A stretch of 64,000 bases of DNA from Rhizodiscina lignyota (Eukaryota): NCBI GenBank assembly GCA_010015805.1, contig ML978136.1, positions 1 to 64,000 of the forward strand, read 5' to 3'. Both the position numbers and the translations under genes were made by a program. The notes beneath the pieces were generated by a model that saw nothing but the letters and a program-made list of their open reading frames with translations, was not told the DNA's origin and searched no databases. Below are positions 61,510-64,000 of this stretch, piece after piece; the stretch's first letter is position 1; each line of letters begins with the position of its first letter.

Positions 61510-63372
61510 ATGCTGTATCCATTCGACTACTTCCAGCATCGGCGCGATTGGTAGCCATTCCCGTCTTGAGCTCTCCATTCCCAATTGAACCCTGCATCTA
61601 ATGTATACACAGCGCGCGCAAGCAGTCTGAACGCGCCTCGAAGATCGCAACGCTGCCAAAACCGTATCTAAACCCCCTCGCTCAAGACGAACGCTCGATT
61701 CTACAAAGACCGATCGCAGAGCTTGTCCAAGATGTCCACAAGAATATCACCTCGCCAGTCGACATCCTCCGCACGTATGGCAAGGTCGCGATCAAGGCGC
61801 AGGAGAAGACGAATTGTCTGACGGAGATAATGTTCCCTGAGGCAGAGTCGTGGATCGAGCAAGGGGATATCAATCTCAAAGGCCCGCTAGCAGGTATCCC
61901 AGTATCGCTGAAAGACTCAATAAAAGTAGGCGGGTTCGTTACAAGCGTTGGATATTCTCGATACTCGAATAGAAAGGCTGAGAAGGACGGTGCTATGGTG
62001 AGATTGCTGAAAGATGCAGGGGCAGTACCGTTCGTCAAGACGAATCTACCAATCACCCTCCTCTCCTTTGAGTCCACGAACGACCTCTGGGGCCGCACAT
62101 CCAACCCTCACAACGCTGCATACTCACCTGGAGGTTCAACGGGCGGCGAAGCTGCGCTCCTTGCTTTCGGCGGCTCACGAATTGGCATTGGTTCGGATGT
62201 GGCAGGCTCAGTGCGTGCGCCCGCGCATTTCTCAGGGTGCTACAGTATACGGTGCAGTACGGGGCGATGGCCGAAAGCAGGAGTGGAAACAAGCATGCTA
62301 GGCCAGGAGGCCATAGCGAGCGTCTTCAGTCCAATGGCTAGGACAATGGGAGATCTGACGTATTTTACACGCTCTATTATCGGGATGAAGCCTTGGAAGT
62401 ACGACCACACGGTTCATCCGATTGAGTGGAGAGATAGTATGGTTGATGAATATGCCACCAAGTCCAAGCTACGAGTTGGCATCCTGAGAACTGATGGCGT
62501 AGTTGATCCTGCACCAGCGTGTGCGAGGGCACTGCAGATGGTTGCGGATGCGCTGCAGGGAGGCGGCCATGATGTCTTCGATGTCGTGCCGCCTGGATCG
62601 CCAGCATCGTGCTACGATGCGCTAGTTGTGGCCTCGCAGGGCCTCAACGCAGACGGGTGTCGCACCTTTAGAAGCCACTTCCGTACAGGCGAGACCGATG
62701 ACCCTGGAGCTCGAGAGATGCGACGGCTCATGAGCTGGCCAGCCCCATTCAGGTACTTGTATTATCTTTGGTATAAGTACGTCTGGAGAGATCCCATATG
62801 GGCGGGGCTAGTGCGAGACTGGTCTGGGAAGAGTTCCTTCGAGCAGTGGAAGATAGTCGCAAAGCGAGAGGGCATCAAAGCGAGGTGGCATGAGTGGTGG
62901 GAGAATGAGACGGGCGCCGAGAAGATGGATATCCTGCTAACAGTGCCAAATGCGACTCCTGCCGTACCAGCGGGAGGAATGAAGGAGGCAGTCAGTAGCT
63001 GTGGATACACTTTCCTGTTCAATTTGGTAAGTCCGTTGTATCCCTTCGCCTTTGCACGAACCGGATTTACCTTAAATTTGAGTACATGCTGACAAGAGCT
63101 TACAGCTCGACTACCCATGCGGAATTATCCCCGTCACGCACGTCGATCCTGCAAAGGATGCGCTCTCCTCGACCTTCAATATCAGGAAGCTCAACGGTGT
63201 CGCACGCGGCGCGTATGTCCATTACGATGCACAGAAGATGGCAGGATTGCCGGTCGCCATCCAAGTCGTTGGCCAAAGGCTTGAGGAAGAGAAGGTCCTT
63301 GCGGTGATGGAGAGAATCGAAACTCTACTCGAGGAAAGAGGAGAGAAGTATCAACTTTTAGAAGTGGATTGA
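61510..63372 (+). CDS. Amidase-signature family protein (acetamidase/FAAH-like), 3 exons
   Basis: GIPVSLKD (Lys), PGGSTGGEAAL, GSDVAGSVRAPA; introns 61551-61612 and 63027-63105; ends GLPVAIQVVG..EEEKVL. Confidence 0.92.
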
Positions 63373-63667
63373 ATTGTCTGAATCCCAGACGTAACTACGT
63401 CCTGAAGTGAATCTATTATTGCTTGAGGCCCTGCTTTTCGGTCCGGGAACAGATTCCGCTACCTGTTCCATAGAAGCTGCACAGCTCACGTGTAGTAGCT
63501 AACCAGCAAGTCGTCTTTTACCTCCAGACAGAAGAGACCGTATCAAATGAGAGACATTCCACCGCAAGAAGATCAGAGAAAACATGTGCGCCGCCTCGAA
63601 AGTATCCAGCAAATAAAAAAATCCCGTCATGGCTGGTACCTCGTGACTCATCCCAAACTCAAGCCGG

Positions 63668-64000
63668 CTACGAGTATGCTATACTTCCACGTTTACGAAA
63701 GCCGAAGAGCTCCAGCACGCTTCCCTTCCTTTTCCCGCCCGCTTGACCCCCTTGATCCGCAACGCTCGCCTTGGTCAACATGATCGAAGGTGGGTCCACG
63801 CGTTTGCTCTTACGCACCAAGCCTAGCTCCTCGATCGTGCTCGTCTTCCTCGATGATTCGTCGCCAATCCTCGGGGTGCGCACGAACACGGCGACTATTA
63901 AAAAGCCTGCCACCGAGAGAGCGACACCGAACCAGAATACGGCTTGGAGGCTTTTGACATCTCCCATCCCGCCACTTGTATCATCATCGGCAATGGGCTC
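63668..64000 (-). CDS. 3' end of a probable MFS transporter (runs off the window)
   Basis: Last TM helix SLQAVFWFGVALSVAGFLIVAVFVR followed by a polar tail and stop codon. Confidence 0.6.
   Translation of the reverse strand, partial: EPIADDDTSGGMGDVKSLQAVFWFGVALSVAGFLIVAVFVRTPRIGDESSRKTSTIEELGLVRKSKRVDPPSIMLTKASVADQGGQAGGKRKGSVLELFGFRKRGSIAYS

Overview
Gene-dense, intron-containing DNA from a filamentous ascomycete (Pezizomycotina; inferred from GT..CTRAC..YAG introns and gene families). About 23 protein-coding genes are supported. The housekeeping-type genes are an EF-hand/myosin light chain, mesA/Afi1, an OTU deubiquitinase, Fmp42-like and DHA1 MFS transporters, Yta7/ATAD2, an amidase and a GH67 alpha-glucuronidase. 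They are interspersed with accessory or secreted genes: an FAD oxidoreductase, a prolyl 4-hydroxylase, a kelch membrane protein, S41 and S8 peptidases, a LovD-like hydrolase and several orphan secreted proteins. Four elements stand out. (1) A tail-to-tail pair of a minimal NACHT-type NTPase, with a ZZ-like zinc finger inserted inside the NTPase domain and no effector or repeat domains, and an intronless HET-domain protein; this is a candidate two-gene fungal immune/allorecognition module. (2) A ~375-bp imperfect fold-back at 41833-42207. (3) A ~130-nt structured element with Pol III A/B-box-like motifs and a T-tract that does not fold as a tRNA. (4) A Bim1/X325-like protein that appears to lack its copper ligands and has a transmembrane helix plus cytoplasmic tail. 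Family calls come from recalled motifs; no database searches were run, and exon boundaries are manual predictions.
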